A DNA stretch of 64,000 nucleotides from Diplonema japonicum (taxonomy: Eukaryota > Protista > Euglenozoa: Diplonemea), in the NCBI GenBank assembly GCA_964019335.1, contig OZ025678.1, positions 496,001 to 560,000 on the forward strand. Direction: 5' to 3'. Positions within the stretch are counted from its first letter, which is position 1. Each line of letters begins with the position of its first letter. The notes beneath the pieces were generated by a model. That model made no database searches and was not told the DNA's origin. It saw nothing but the letters and a program-made list of their open reading frames with translations. The position numbers were made by a program, and so were the translations under genes. Positions 12,681-23,611 of the stretch are shown here, piece by piece.

Positions 12681-15600
12681 ATGCCGAAAACAAAGAAACC
12701 CCACAAAAGGAAGGCAGATGAGATGGAGGGGGCTGCCGTGCCAGGCGACGAGTTCGTCTTCCAAATACTAACCGACCTGAACGAAGATGATGTTGAGTTC
12801 AACGGCATTGTGCTGGCGTTTAAGGGGGGCGCGGACCTGAGCTTGCAGCAGGATAAGATGCAGGCTTTGGCGAGCTGCTTGGACGGGCAGATGAATGTGC
12901 GGTTCGACTCTGAGATGCTGGACATCTTGTACAAATCGATAGCCTCTCTCGATCACAGTGGGAAACAAGCGCTGCAGCAGCACAGGATGTCCCTTCACCT
13001 CGCTACCTGCATGTATGGGTTGCTTGCCTCGCCGCCATGTGAGGCTTTCCGTGCCTCGAGGGTGTACCTTGCGCTCCTCCGTGCATACGGTGCCAACGCG
13101 TCGCTTATACTGAACGCTTTCTTTATGCGTAGGATACTGTCGACCATCACGAACTTCCTTGCGTCCTACAGGGACCAGGCCCCCGATCTCACACAGGACG
13201 TCAGCACGCAGCAGTCCATACAACTCACACCTGACATGCCCGCATCTCAGTTCGCGCAGCTCCCCGTGTCGCAGAAACCTAAACGACGCAAGGGGGGCAA
13301 AAAAGCAGGTGACCTGGGTGCAGACTGGGAGCAAGCCTACAACAGCATCCTTGACATCATCAACATGTTCGAAAATGGCCATCTCTTCGCGTACCTCGAC
13401 TCCGACCTGGTGGCAGTGATCCTGGAATCCTGCGTGCACCTCCCTGGCAGGGAACTCACTGGCCCGCTCAAGGCCGCTGGAGTTCTGTCCTCTCCTTCCA
13501 AGATTCTTGTTCAGAGCTTCGCGGTTCTGAAACACTCCATGCAGGACAACACCGAACACACCATCTACGAGCAAGAAGGCCAAGACGAGACTGCTGCTAG
13601 GGAGCGAACAGTCACAACACAGCAGCTGATCCTCCCCCTATTGCTTCCCCTGCTTCACCTATCGCTCCACTACATACATAGCAACGTGAAGCTCAGCGAT
13701 GCCGTTGTCCTGCAGACAGCTGCACTCAACTTGCTGAAGGAGTCTGACATCGAGAAAGAAAACCTGTTGCTTCTCTTCAAGCTGCTCCTTCAAACTGGTG
13801 AAAAGCGCCCGAGGAGCGACCCTATCCTGATTGCCAGCAAGGGGTGTGTCGCACTGCTGAACCTCATGGATAAGGAAAAACAGCTGGCAGCGATACAATA
13901 CTTGGTTGAGATGGGCAGCTCTGAACGTGTGTACCACAGGTTGTTTGCAGTAGAGGTAGTGCACACGATGCTGCGTGACGGGCCGGCTCTTGCCTCGCTG
14001 GGCGTAGACGGGACGCAGGATGCGGTGAAGATGTTATTTTCCGCCATCAACGACACCGCTGCAATCGTACGCACCAAGGCGCTCACGAATCTGTCGAAGA
14101 TCATGCAGGCCATCGGTGCGCCCGACAGCGTGTCGCGTGGCACGGTCTCTGCTTACCTCGTTAAGATACGCACGACATCGCTCAACCCCTCTCTAGCTGC
14201 ACCATCCGTCGAGGGAGTCCCAGAGGCCAATCCTGAGACACCCAGCGTGAAGGGGACGCCCAAGGGGATGTCACCGTCTAGTGACATCGCCTTCTCTCCT
14301 GGTGCTGCATTGGTCTCAGCGACAGAGATGAACCACCTGCTTGCTTCGGTCGTCGCAAGGACAAGAGAAGAGAAAGCGCTGGTCAGAAAGGCTGCCATCG
14401 ACTTGCTACTGCAGTTCTTCGAGCACAAGGTTGTCGAGGCTGGGCCTATCATGTCGACTGTGGTGGAACTTATGGACATCAAGATGGAGCCTTCCGTTCT
14501 TGTTAGGAGGCAGGCTGTGCTTTGCGCGTGGGCTATCATCTTGCACTTCAGCGATATTGATATCAGAAGCAAGATGATGGGTGCCATTTTGCAGAACTAC
14601 ACCTTGGAGAGCGAAGATTTTGTTGTCAAGACAATGTTGCAGAGCGTGCAGGTGCTGGTCGTGCTGCCCTTAACTGGCGATGAGCGGGAGTTCAGTACAG
14701 CGGACGTGTGGCAGCTGACGGCGAGTTTCACAGATGCACAGCTGAGCTCTTTGGGTAAGATGTGCTACAAGCTGGTCGAGCACGGCGAAGTGAAGGGTAG
14801 CATCGTGACCACCTTGCTGAATAGGATTGATGAGCATCCTTCCTGCAGGGACGCGTGGTCGCTGCTCCCAATCGTCGCGAAGAAGTTCAAAAACAAGATC
14901 AGCTCGAAGATTGTGATGAAATGCTTCCAAGAGCTGCAGGGCAGCTTCGACAACGGCTCCACGAAGGACCACGCAGTGCTGCACCACGTGCTGTCTTTGA
15001 TGCCCGTCATCAATATGCCTAACGAGAGCAAGCAGGAGGTGACGCGTGTTTTGGAGCAACTATTGCTCTCCATGTCGTGCCACGTGAACCTTGTCCACTG
15101 CGCTGTGACGTGCTACGCGGTGCTCATGAAGGACACGACCATCCACCGCTTGGCGGTGATGTTCATCAAGCTGTGTCATACGCTGCTCTACAACTTGCTG
15201 ACAAATGGGAACCATAAACCACTGCCGCAAGAGGCCACGTCTGCAGGCCTATCTGCTGTGAGCCTTGTCGAGCTCCCTGTGGCCATCTGCACAATGGGGT
15301 CGCTTATCCTGACGTCCGCGTACAAGGGCAAGGCGGCGGACATCATGCAGATCAGTGAGATGATAAACGCAGCGTGCAACACGATCACCATCACCGACGA
15401 TGTGGACATGGTGGTCACAAAGACTATTCCCGAGCAGGTCCTTAGGCACTGCTTCCTGTGCCAAGTAAAACTGTGCATGTTCACAAAGGCTGTGTGCAAA
15501 AAGGGCGTCCCCATCCTTTTGCAAGGTCTCGAGTCACAAGAGGTCAGTATCAGGACGACTTGCCTCAACGGCTTGGCCGACCTCAGTATCAAGTACCCCG

Positions 15601-16655
15601 GTACAGTGGACAAGTACCTCCCCAACATCGCTGCCCTCCTCTCCGACCACGACGTTAAGGTCCGCCTCACTTCTGTGACGTTGCTCACCCAGCTTCTGGG
15701 CGAGAGCTTTGTCAAACTGCGCCCCTTCTTAGTGTTCGAGGTGCTCGCCCTAGTGGCTGATGTGAACGATAGCGTTGCCGCCTTTGCTCGGTACTCGCTG
15801 TTGAAGGTGATGGTGCCGAAAGACCCGTATCTCATCACGAACAACTTCAAAGAGGTGCTCTTTGTGCTGAACAACTACCCCTTCCATCCGAAGTACAACA
15901 AGATGCACAGCCCCATAGTGAAGCTCACGGGTGACGGGTTGAGGCACACACGTGTGCAGCTGATGCGATTCCTTGCGTCGCAGCTGACAACGGAGAAGGA
16001 CCTGCTGCGTGTGCATGAGCAGCTGCATGACATCCTGGAAATGTGTTGCGTGGAGGGCGGGGAGAGTGGTACCTTGAACCTTACTTGTGTGGAGGGGGTG
16101 TCGGTGTTCAAAGACTGTGTGCAGGTGCTACTGAGCCAGGAAATGAACTTGGCGGGACGAGTGTTGGAGGGACCGAAGAAGGCAACAAATGATCCTACGG
16201 AGCAGGAAGATGAAGACGCAGAGTCGCAGATGAGGAAAGCACTGTGGGCAGGTGTAGTGAGGACAAGGTTGAGAGACATGGTGTGCCCTGTGATCATCTC
16301 CGTGTGCAGCAGACTGCGTCAGTTGCGATCCCCCCTGCAGAAGGACATGGTGCACTACGCCACCTACATCATACAGGACCACATGAAGGACCTTGGGGAG
16401 TTCATCCCTGACAAGCAGCTGCAAAAAGACATCAAGGCAACTCTCGAAGAAACAGCAAAGAGAGGCAAAACGCGAAAGCTTGGCACCATCATCCCCAAAA
16501 ACACTCCCAGCATCACCCCTTTGAAGCGGTCTAGCAGCTCCTCAGGCAGTTCCAGGACTCCAACCAGACTTCCCCCCCCAAGGTATGCTTTTTGCTTTTA
16601 GCTCATATAACACCAAATACATAGATCGCCTAGTACTGTCGGGAAGGAAAACTGA
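12681..16655 (+). CDS. NCAPD3: Condensin II HEAT subunit CAP-D3 (Cnd1 domain); 1 intron near the 3' end
   Basis: HEAT repeats. LADLSIKYPGTVDKYLPNIAALLSD..VR...LLTQLLGESFVK and FKEVLFVLNNY..HPKYN resemble CAP-D3 more than CAP-D2. Intron 16583-16624. Confidence 0.78.
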
Positions 16656-16918
16656 ACCCTGTTCTTGCGTGTAGATTTAAGTTTTCTGAATAAGCCTTTT
16701 TATTTTTTTGCCATTATATTAGATTAGAACCTGCTTCCCCCCACTTTTTATTTTTTTGAAATTATACTGAACAAAAAAATCTTGTCCTCATCTCATGAGG
16801 ATGTTTTTTTATACCACTTCCACCCCCCCCCCCCCCCCCCCATTGTTGATGTTTTCCCATTTTCACTCTTCCCGTAGTCACATGTTTCCCCCATTTTATT
16901 TTTGTTTCCATTATCCCA

Positions 16919-16954
<36 letters not shown>

Positions 16955-17085
16955 TCGCGCGTTGAGTAGAGTTATTGTCACCCCATTTCCTTTAATACTA
17001 CTTTTCAGCTTTTTTATATAAGAAAACAGTTATAGGGGGGCGGTACCAAGATTATCGCGAGCAAGCCGAGAGGGGAAGGGGTGAA

Positions 17086-18150
17086 ATGGTGGATATTTCG
17101 AAGAAAAAAGAGCAGAGGTTGAAAGAGGCGCAGAAGGTGATGGATCAGGCGAGAAGCAAGGTGGCGATAGGGAAATTTGAAGACGCGGAAAAGCTGTTCC
17201 GCTACTGCGCACAAATAAGGTCAGGGGTCCTCGAGGGGAACGATCCGGGAATGTCAGCAGTGGCACTGGAGCTGGGGGACATGTGGATGGCACAACACCA
17301 GTTCGCAAGAGCCGAGCCGTTTTATTTGGACGCTTACAAAACAGTTCAGGAAGGTCTTTCTTCCGACCCCAACAAACCCCTCCGGGCACAGCACCGACAC
17401 TTACTCCGCGAGATAGCGTTTTTATACTACCTACAGGGCACCGTGCAGGCGACGCGCTCTGAAATACAACAGCAGAAATGGATGCAAGCTGAAAAAGCGT
17501 TCAAAAGAGCGATACAGCTGACGGAAGCTGATCTTGGAAAGCTGTCCCCTGAGCTGGTAGAGCCTCTCCGTAACCTTGCGTCGTTGTACGTCAAAACGGG
17601 TGATTTTCACAACTCGGAGATTAACTTCCGCAGGTGCATTGGGATACAGCTCATCACGAAGGGGCTGGACGATGCAGGGCTGTTGATCACAAGGCAGCAG
17701 CTAGCGATTGTTCACGAGAGGAAGGATCAGCAGAAGTTCCATGATGCGGCCTTGACGATCCAGACGGGGTGGAAGATGTTGGGGGCGAAGATACTGCGGA
17801 ACAAGTTGAAATCCGAGCGTGCTGAGAGGATGAAGACAAGCCCGGAGTCGTCTGAGCAGTCTGTTGGATACTTCACCCCCGGCGCTGAAGGGCTTGGTGA
17901 CTGGGATCCCGATGACGAGAGTACTACTGCTGACCCCTCCTCCATCCACTACGCCCTGCCCCCTATGCGTGATGCCGTCACCAGCAGTCCCGGCTCTTTC
18001 ACTATGGTCATCAGTGCTATGTCTTCTGTTCCCAAGTCTGTCCAATCTGTTCCCAGCTACCCCCACTGGTCGTCGACTGCTCCAAATGAAGAATTCACCA
18101 AGGAGGAGATTGAGCTCCTGAGTTGTTTCCCACTTGCTACGCCCCCTTAG
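17086..18150 (+). CDS. TPR (kinesin light chain-type) repeat protein with an IQ-like motif
   Basis: AEKLFRYC, AEPFYLDA and LRNLASLY..G.F..SE..FRRC TPR motifs, plus AALTIQTGWK. Confidence 0.75.
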   Translation: MVDISKKKEQRLKEAQKVMDQARSKVAIGKFEDAEKLFRYCAQIRSGVLEGNDPGMSAVALELGDMWMAQHQFARAEPFYLDAYKTVQEGLSSDPNKPLRAQHRHLLREIAFLYYLQGTVQATRSEIQQQKWMQAEKAFKRAIQLTEADLGKLSPELVEPLRNLASLYVKTGDFHNSEINFRRCIGIQLITKGLDDAGLLITRQQLAIVHERKDQQKFHDAALTIQTGWKMLGAKILRNKLKSERAERMKTSPESSEQSVGYFTPGAEGLGDWDPDDESTTADPSSIHYALPPMRDAVTSSPGSFTMVISAMSSVPKSVQSVPSYPHWSSTAPNEEFTKEEIELLSCFPLATPP

Positions 18151-18191
18151 CATATGCTCTTGGGTTGGTCCTTTTCCAAGGATTTCTTTTT

Positions 18192-18378
18192 TAAGGTGGT
18201 AGGGATAACATGGAAATATAAGAAGTATATTAGATGTGTTGTTCGCTGTTGACCTCCACGTCGGTCATCACCGGTAGCGCCCGAGTGGGAAAATGTATTG
18301 CACCGCACGCATTAAGGACACGACGCGGAACGCAGAAGAAGCTACATCGGCCGAGGTGCGCCCGTAATCAAGTAGACA
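18192..18378 (-). mobile_element. Second, internally deleted copy of the 154-468 SINE-like repeat
   Basis: Shares ggtggt.gggataacat..gatgtgttgttcgctgttgacctcc..ccgagtgg and caccgcacgcattaaggacacgacgcggaacgcagaagaagctaca..gtaatcaagtagaca, but lacks about 90 nt of the first copy. Confidence 0.7.
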
Positions 18379-18695
18379 CGACGTTCATGCTTCGTTGCGC
18401 ACTTAACGCCACTTAGTGTTGCAATCAAAGCCCCATTTCTTTTTTTTTTTTTTTTTTTTTCCTTTTCTTTTTTTACCCTCTCTTTTTTTTTTTTTTTTTT
18501 TTTCCGTGATATTTTACTTTTTTTTTTTTATACCGAGTTTTCCAAATGAAAAAAAACAAAGGAGGGGGAAAAGGGGAAGAAAATGGGGTGCGGCGTCTCG
18601 CACATGGAGCAAGAGGCTGCACCACGCACGATACCGGGGTGTGTACTAAAATATTATTTAAAAAAAAAAACAAAAAAACCAGAGTGCTTCCGAAC

Positions 18696-19535
18696 ATGCA
18701 CGAATTACTGCAAGGCGCGAAAACCCCGCAGGCAGACTGTGTGGTGCCGCTGTTGTATTTGGGGAACATCGCCTTCGCCCGTGATAAGACAAAGCTGAAG
18801 GAGCTGGGGGTAAAAAGGGTATGGCAACCGAAGGAAAAACAAAATAAAAAGAACTAGATTGTGAACGTAACCCCGGAGGCACCATGCTTCCCTGGGTCTT
18901 TTATGTACGAAAGTCTACGTGTGGAAGACACACAGACGGCAGTCATCCAGCCGCATTTACTAAACGCTGTCGGGTTCATCGCAGGAGGTATCGATGCAGG
19001 AGAAGCTGTTTTTGTCCATTGCGAAATGGGTATGAGCAGGAGCTCAACTGTGGTTATCGCGTACCTACTCCACCAGAAGGGGTGGAGCGTGCGACGGGGG
19101 CTTCTTCAGGTGAAGGTCTCGCGACCCATTGCAAGGATCACACGGTCGTTTGTCTTCACTCTTCTTGACATAGAAATGAAGCTTGTTCGAGAAAGCACAT
19201 TGGACCAAGAGCTTTTGATAGAAGAAGGCCTTGAAGGCTCAACAGAAGGTGGGGTTGAACCTCTTATCGTCACAGCTTCCTCCCTGCAGCTCTTCTTCTT
19301 CCCGTCTCCTGACCTCGTCGCTGACAATCTCAAATCGGTCGGGCTCTTTCCACCTCAATGGGATACTTTTAAGCACACCTTCCTCTGTGGGGTTGATTTC
19401 AACTCTCTTTCTATGCAAAACCCTCCTTTGATGGCTGAAGTTCTCGCCGCGCTCAAAACATCAAACACAGCCCGTGCGGCCTACAGCAAGCTTAAGAAAG
19501 ATTATGCCTCACATATCTCGCCATTCGTGAAATAG
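18696..19535 (+). CDS. Dual-specificity protein phosphatase (1 intron)
   Basis: LYLGN..A.D...LKELGVKR|IVNVT and catalytic VFVHCEMGMSRSSTVVIAYL. Intron 18819-18857. Confidence 0.9.
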
Positions 19536-19583
19536 AATAGGTGGGGGTGGGGGGTGGGGGAGGAAGAAGAAAAATAACTTCTC

Positions 19584-20078
19584 TATGACTATATGTCTTT
19601 GTTGTTTGCTCGGCACAAGTTGCATATAGTTATAAAATCATTTTTTTTTTGAAAGATAAGTAGTTGTAACAAAAAGAAAGGGGTATGTCCTTTGTTGGAT
19701 GTTCGTAAAAAAAAAAAAAAAAAAAAAAAAAAACCGAAAAGAAAAGATCTTTTCCCCCCCCATTTTTATTCTTTGACTCTTCTTCTTCTTCTTCTTCTTT
19801 TAGTCTTTTTTAAATTCTCCCCCCTTATTTACGTGCTTTAGTTGTTCCATTTTTTTTTTTTTTTTTTGGGCCGAGTTGATAGCATCCCGCCCCACTTTTT
19901 TTTCTTCTCTCTCTTCTTCTTCTTTTTTTTTGTTGGTACAAACATTTATCTTTTAGAAAGAAAATGATTTTTATAACCATATGCAACTTGTGCCGAGCAA
20001 AAAAAAAAAAAAATGAAGGCAACTTAAGCTTTCTTTTAATTTTTGCTCGTGCGAACAACAAAGAGACATATAGTCATA
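19584..20078. mobile_element. Inverted pair of a dispersed ~80-130-nt repeat (MITE/foldback-like)
   Basis: 19584-19660 is the reverse complement of 19946-20078, apart from an internal insert in the right arm. A third copy lies at ~37465-37580. Confidence 0.7.
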
Positions 20079-20111
20079 AAGAATGGTTTTTTTTTTTTTT
20101 TTTTTTTTTTT

Positions 20112-20148
20112 TTGTTTTAACAATATTATTGTCGAGACTAAAAACTAG
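20112..20148. repeat. Short dispersed repeat, also at 50771-50808
   Basis: ttgttttaacaatattattgtcgagac is identical at 20112-20138 and 50771-50797. Both are followed by aaaacta. Confidence 0.7.
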
Positions 20149-20150
20149 TT

Positions 20151-21497
20151 GATGGCAGCGTAATGAGCTATTTTATTAGGTAAAATTCCGCTCGTGCGCA
20201 CAAACAAAGAAAATGTCAAGGCACGAGTTCGAACTAGGGAAGGTTAAGTGGACGGACGTCGAGACATCGACATATCCTCCTTCGGCTACCCCCGCGAAAC
20301 ACGGCCACGACTGTGTGTTCTTCCCCTCGTGCGATAGGGCCCATGATCTGGGTAACCATTGCGCGAGGGGGGGATCCCGAGTGCCTACGGGCGAAAATGA
20401 AAACGAAGGCCCTACGGGTGCGCTTCGAGTTGCCCACGAGTTCAGAGGAGCTTTGGGTTTGCCCTCCGTGTTGCTGGGAAGTTGACAATGGGGCTGACTT
20501 AGTTGTCACCGACGAGGGGGCAGATCATGCGGAAGGGGAGGACGAGGAGCGCGAGGAAATGACGGACACTGGCGGGGTCGCTGAGAGGATCTGGCACTAC
20601 CTACGGGTAGCTCGCGACGAGGAAGGCAAATGGTCTAAGGATCTACTTCCAACGCTGCACAGTTACATGCTACGGCTTGAAGCTCTGTGCGTGCTCACGG
20701 AGTGTGGCCAGAATTTCCGGCTCGGGATTCAGAAGGCTCGCGCTTACGAGGGGTATCTCTTCGGGTCACACTGGGAGGACTTCTCCGATAAAAAGCTACG
20801 GCTTACATTTAAGCACATGAACTCTACGGAGGCCGTGCTTGAGGTCTTGAAGAAGGATCGGGAGAGGGAGAGGGAAGCAGACAGGTTGAGAAACAGACAA
20901 GGTGGAACCCCTAAGAGGACTAGGTTGGGAAGTTTCTCGACTCCAAAAAAGTGAGCCGCGGCCTCACTCTCCCCGAAACCCAAACCCCTCCTTCCCCAAT
21001 CAAAAAATCCCTCTCCTCCTTCCTCTCTTCCAACTATAACGCTTTCCGATTCCCCATGGAGCGATCTTCTCCGTGGCGGAACCACACCCCACCTGTCAAA
21101 GGAGATGTGCTTTGCGATGTGGGTGCAGCGTCTACGCGACGAGAAGCGCCTCAGCCCGAGTTCGGTTCTGCAGTATATGACGTACTTCAGCCAGGCGGAG
21201 AGGTCCCCTTTTCAACTTCTTCGGCGATCCCTGAGTCGAAAACTCTCGGACCACTCCGCGCACGAGGACAAGATGGCTCGGGTGCCGACCATGTCCGCAG
21301 TGAAGGAGGTGATCCCCAAGAGAGGCATCTTGGCGAGCTGGCTTCGGCGTGCCGGTGGGTCGACTTGAAGAATCTCCTAGTCAAGCACGTGGAGCAGGGA
21401 CATCACGACACCCCGAAAGGTTCGGTGATGCTTACCTTTGTAATGAGCTATTTTATTAGGTAAAATTCCGCTCGTGCGCACAAACAAATGGAGCGCC
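20151..21497 (+). mobile_element. Internally deleted gag + tyrosine-recombinase (DIRS/VIPER/TATE-like) retroelement with direct repeats
   Basis: Exact 48-nt direct repeat at 20161-20208 and 21441-21488, with aaactagtt on both flanks (20142-20150, 21498-21506). ORF1 is frameshifted and Cys/His-rich. The 21105 frame (FAMWVQRLRDEKRLSPSSVLQYMTYF..LLRRSLSRK..MARVPT) resembles a YR N-terminal core-binding domain. Confidence 0.6.
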
Positions 21498-22390
21498 AAA
21501 CTAGTTTTTTTTCCGATCACTTTGTCATATTCTGACAAAGTAGAAGCAACCAGAACAGTCAGTTGGGCGGAAGCCTGTCGAGAGCCTGTTTCATTTGTTA
21601 AACGGATCGATCTTGGCAGCAAGCGTCATCTTGCCTTTGGCATAAATCCAGAGGAAGGGCACTGGAAAGAATGAATGTGAATAGTTGGGGAAATGAATTC
21701 TGATTCCAGGTGGAAGGTGGCGGGCGAGAGTTTTTCACTTTACTGAGGGGAAAAAAAAAGAGAGGGAGGGGGGTGTTTGTGCTGCAGTTACACGTTTTGC
21801 AAAAAGAAAAAAACCCCCCTTTTTTCCCCCTTATGTTTCGGTTGACAATCTAATTTTTATTGTCTTTCGCAACCCTACTTGTACAACCTCTACTTTTTTT
21901 TTTTAAAAAAAGGTTTTTCTTGTTTATTCAGGGCTATGGGGGAGAAAATAAATAATATACCAGTAGCCTTAGGGCTGATATCTCAAATTGGGGGGGGGGG
22001 GGGGGGGGGGAGTTTGTATAATCGCAGTTGCTCTTCTTATTTATGCGAGTATCCCCTCCCTTTTTTTTTAAAAGATCCGAGACACCTATTAGGTTATCTT
22101 TCCCTTGTTTCGTGCCAATTTATGTACCCGAGATAGGGAAAGAGACCGGTTTCGGTCCCAAAGGATCTAGGATCTTTCTTTTGATAAAAAGAGAAAAAAA
22201 AGAAATATTTTTGGCAATGTGCGGAACTACATGTCTCTCTGTGCGACCGCCTCTAGTAGTGACGGAACCCCATATTTCCCTTTAGCTTTAGTTTCTTTCA
22301 TTCTGCTCCGTTTTCTTTTGTTCCAATTTTTTCTTTTCCGGTGAGTACTGTGCTTCAGCCAAGAGCGCTTTGAGTCAGTTTTTTTTAGTT

Positions 22391-22406
22391 TTTCTGTACT
22401 TTATTG
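22391..22406 (+). other. Spliced-leader (mini-exon) 3'-end relic TTTCTGTACTTTATTG
   Basis: Matches, from my recall of the consensus, the conserved last 16 nt of the euglenozoan (Leishmania/Diplonema-type) SL exon. It lies at the 5' boundary of the LINE. Confidence 0.65.
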
Positions 22407-23611
22407 GTGTCCGACCGTGCCAATAAAGTCAATAGGTAATACGGTTTGTAAAGAAAGAAAATTGAAAGAAGTTGAGAAAGCAGATCGCAGAAAAGAGAGC
22501 TAAAAGAGGGTAAAAGAAGACATTGAAGTTGACAAGAAGTGAAAAAAAAAAAAAAAAGGAAGCAGAGGACAGCACGAGCAGCATGGAGAGACTGCGGGCG
22601 GGGTTACGCGGGTACGGCCTGGGGCTGGAGGGAGGAGCCGGGAGCTGTACGCGGTGGCGGGGTCGAAGCGACACCGGAGGTCAAACCTACAGCGGGGGTA
22701 GAGAGGCTAAGGCAGGAAAACGCCCGACTGGAGAGGGAAGTCCAGAAAATGGCGGCGCAAATGGACATGATGTCCAAACAGATCGGGGGACTGATGAAGC
22801 AGGTTGAGAGCGGGCCGGCTCCCCTTGGACAGACCTTCGCACAGAAAATAGCCCAAGGAAAGGAACAAACTTTTGACTTTACAGATGATGACGACGACTT
22901 GGGACCCCCACCAACAGAAGAAAACGAGGAAATGGAACGAGAACCAGAGGGAGAGGACGAGGATAAAGATTGCGATTGGAGAATCTGCAAGGCGACCGGG
23001 AGCTCACACGTTTTCAACAATGTGTTCCATCACTGGGACGCGGGATGCAGTGTTTGTGGGGAGGCCCTCACGAAGAAGAGACAAGGTGTAAGGTGCCTCC
23101 AGCAGGATTGTATGGTGTGTGTTTGCCGAGCGCGCGAAGTGACATGAAGTGAACGAGACCCCCACTCACGCGCCAATCCCCACCCCTCATCATCATCAAA
23201 ATCGATATCATCAGTAACATCATCATCATCATCATCATCAACATCACTTGAACCATCGAAATATGACCCTAAAGGGTTAGCCGAAAAGAAATTCGAGCGA
23301 CTGGTCGTGGATGGGATAGAGCCAAACCCGGGACCCATCGTGCCCCGCCCGCCAACGGGGAATAGCTTCACGATCCTAACACATAATGGATCGTCATTGA
23401 ACAACCGTCTCGGAGAGTACGCGGGTGTCCTCCCGGATGTGTTCTGCATGCAGGAGACGGCACTCACGGCGCAAACGCAGTTGGAAATAGAACGAGAGAG
23501 GACGAGTGGGGGAAGCAGTACGAAAGGCTGTGGAGCAAACCGCAACCGGGGAGGAGGTCCAAGGGAGTCACCTCGCTGACCATAGCAGAACGAGGAGGGC
23601 TGGGAACACTG

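Noticed and set aside
20161-21488. 48-nt direct repeats as CRISPR repeats or classical LTRs
   Set aside because: Only two copies, 1.2 kb apart, in a eukaryote. There are no TG..CA ends, PBS, PPT or DDE integrase.
22391-22500. Functional SL RNA gene
   Set aside because: The 5' part of the leader (AAC.AAC..) is missing, and I see no Sm site or terminator in the expected arrangement.
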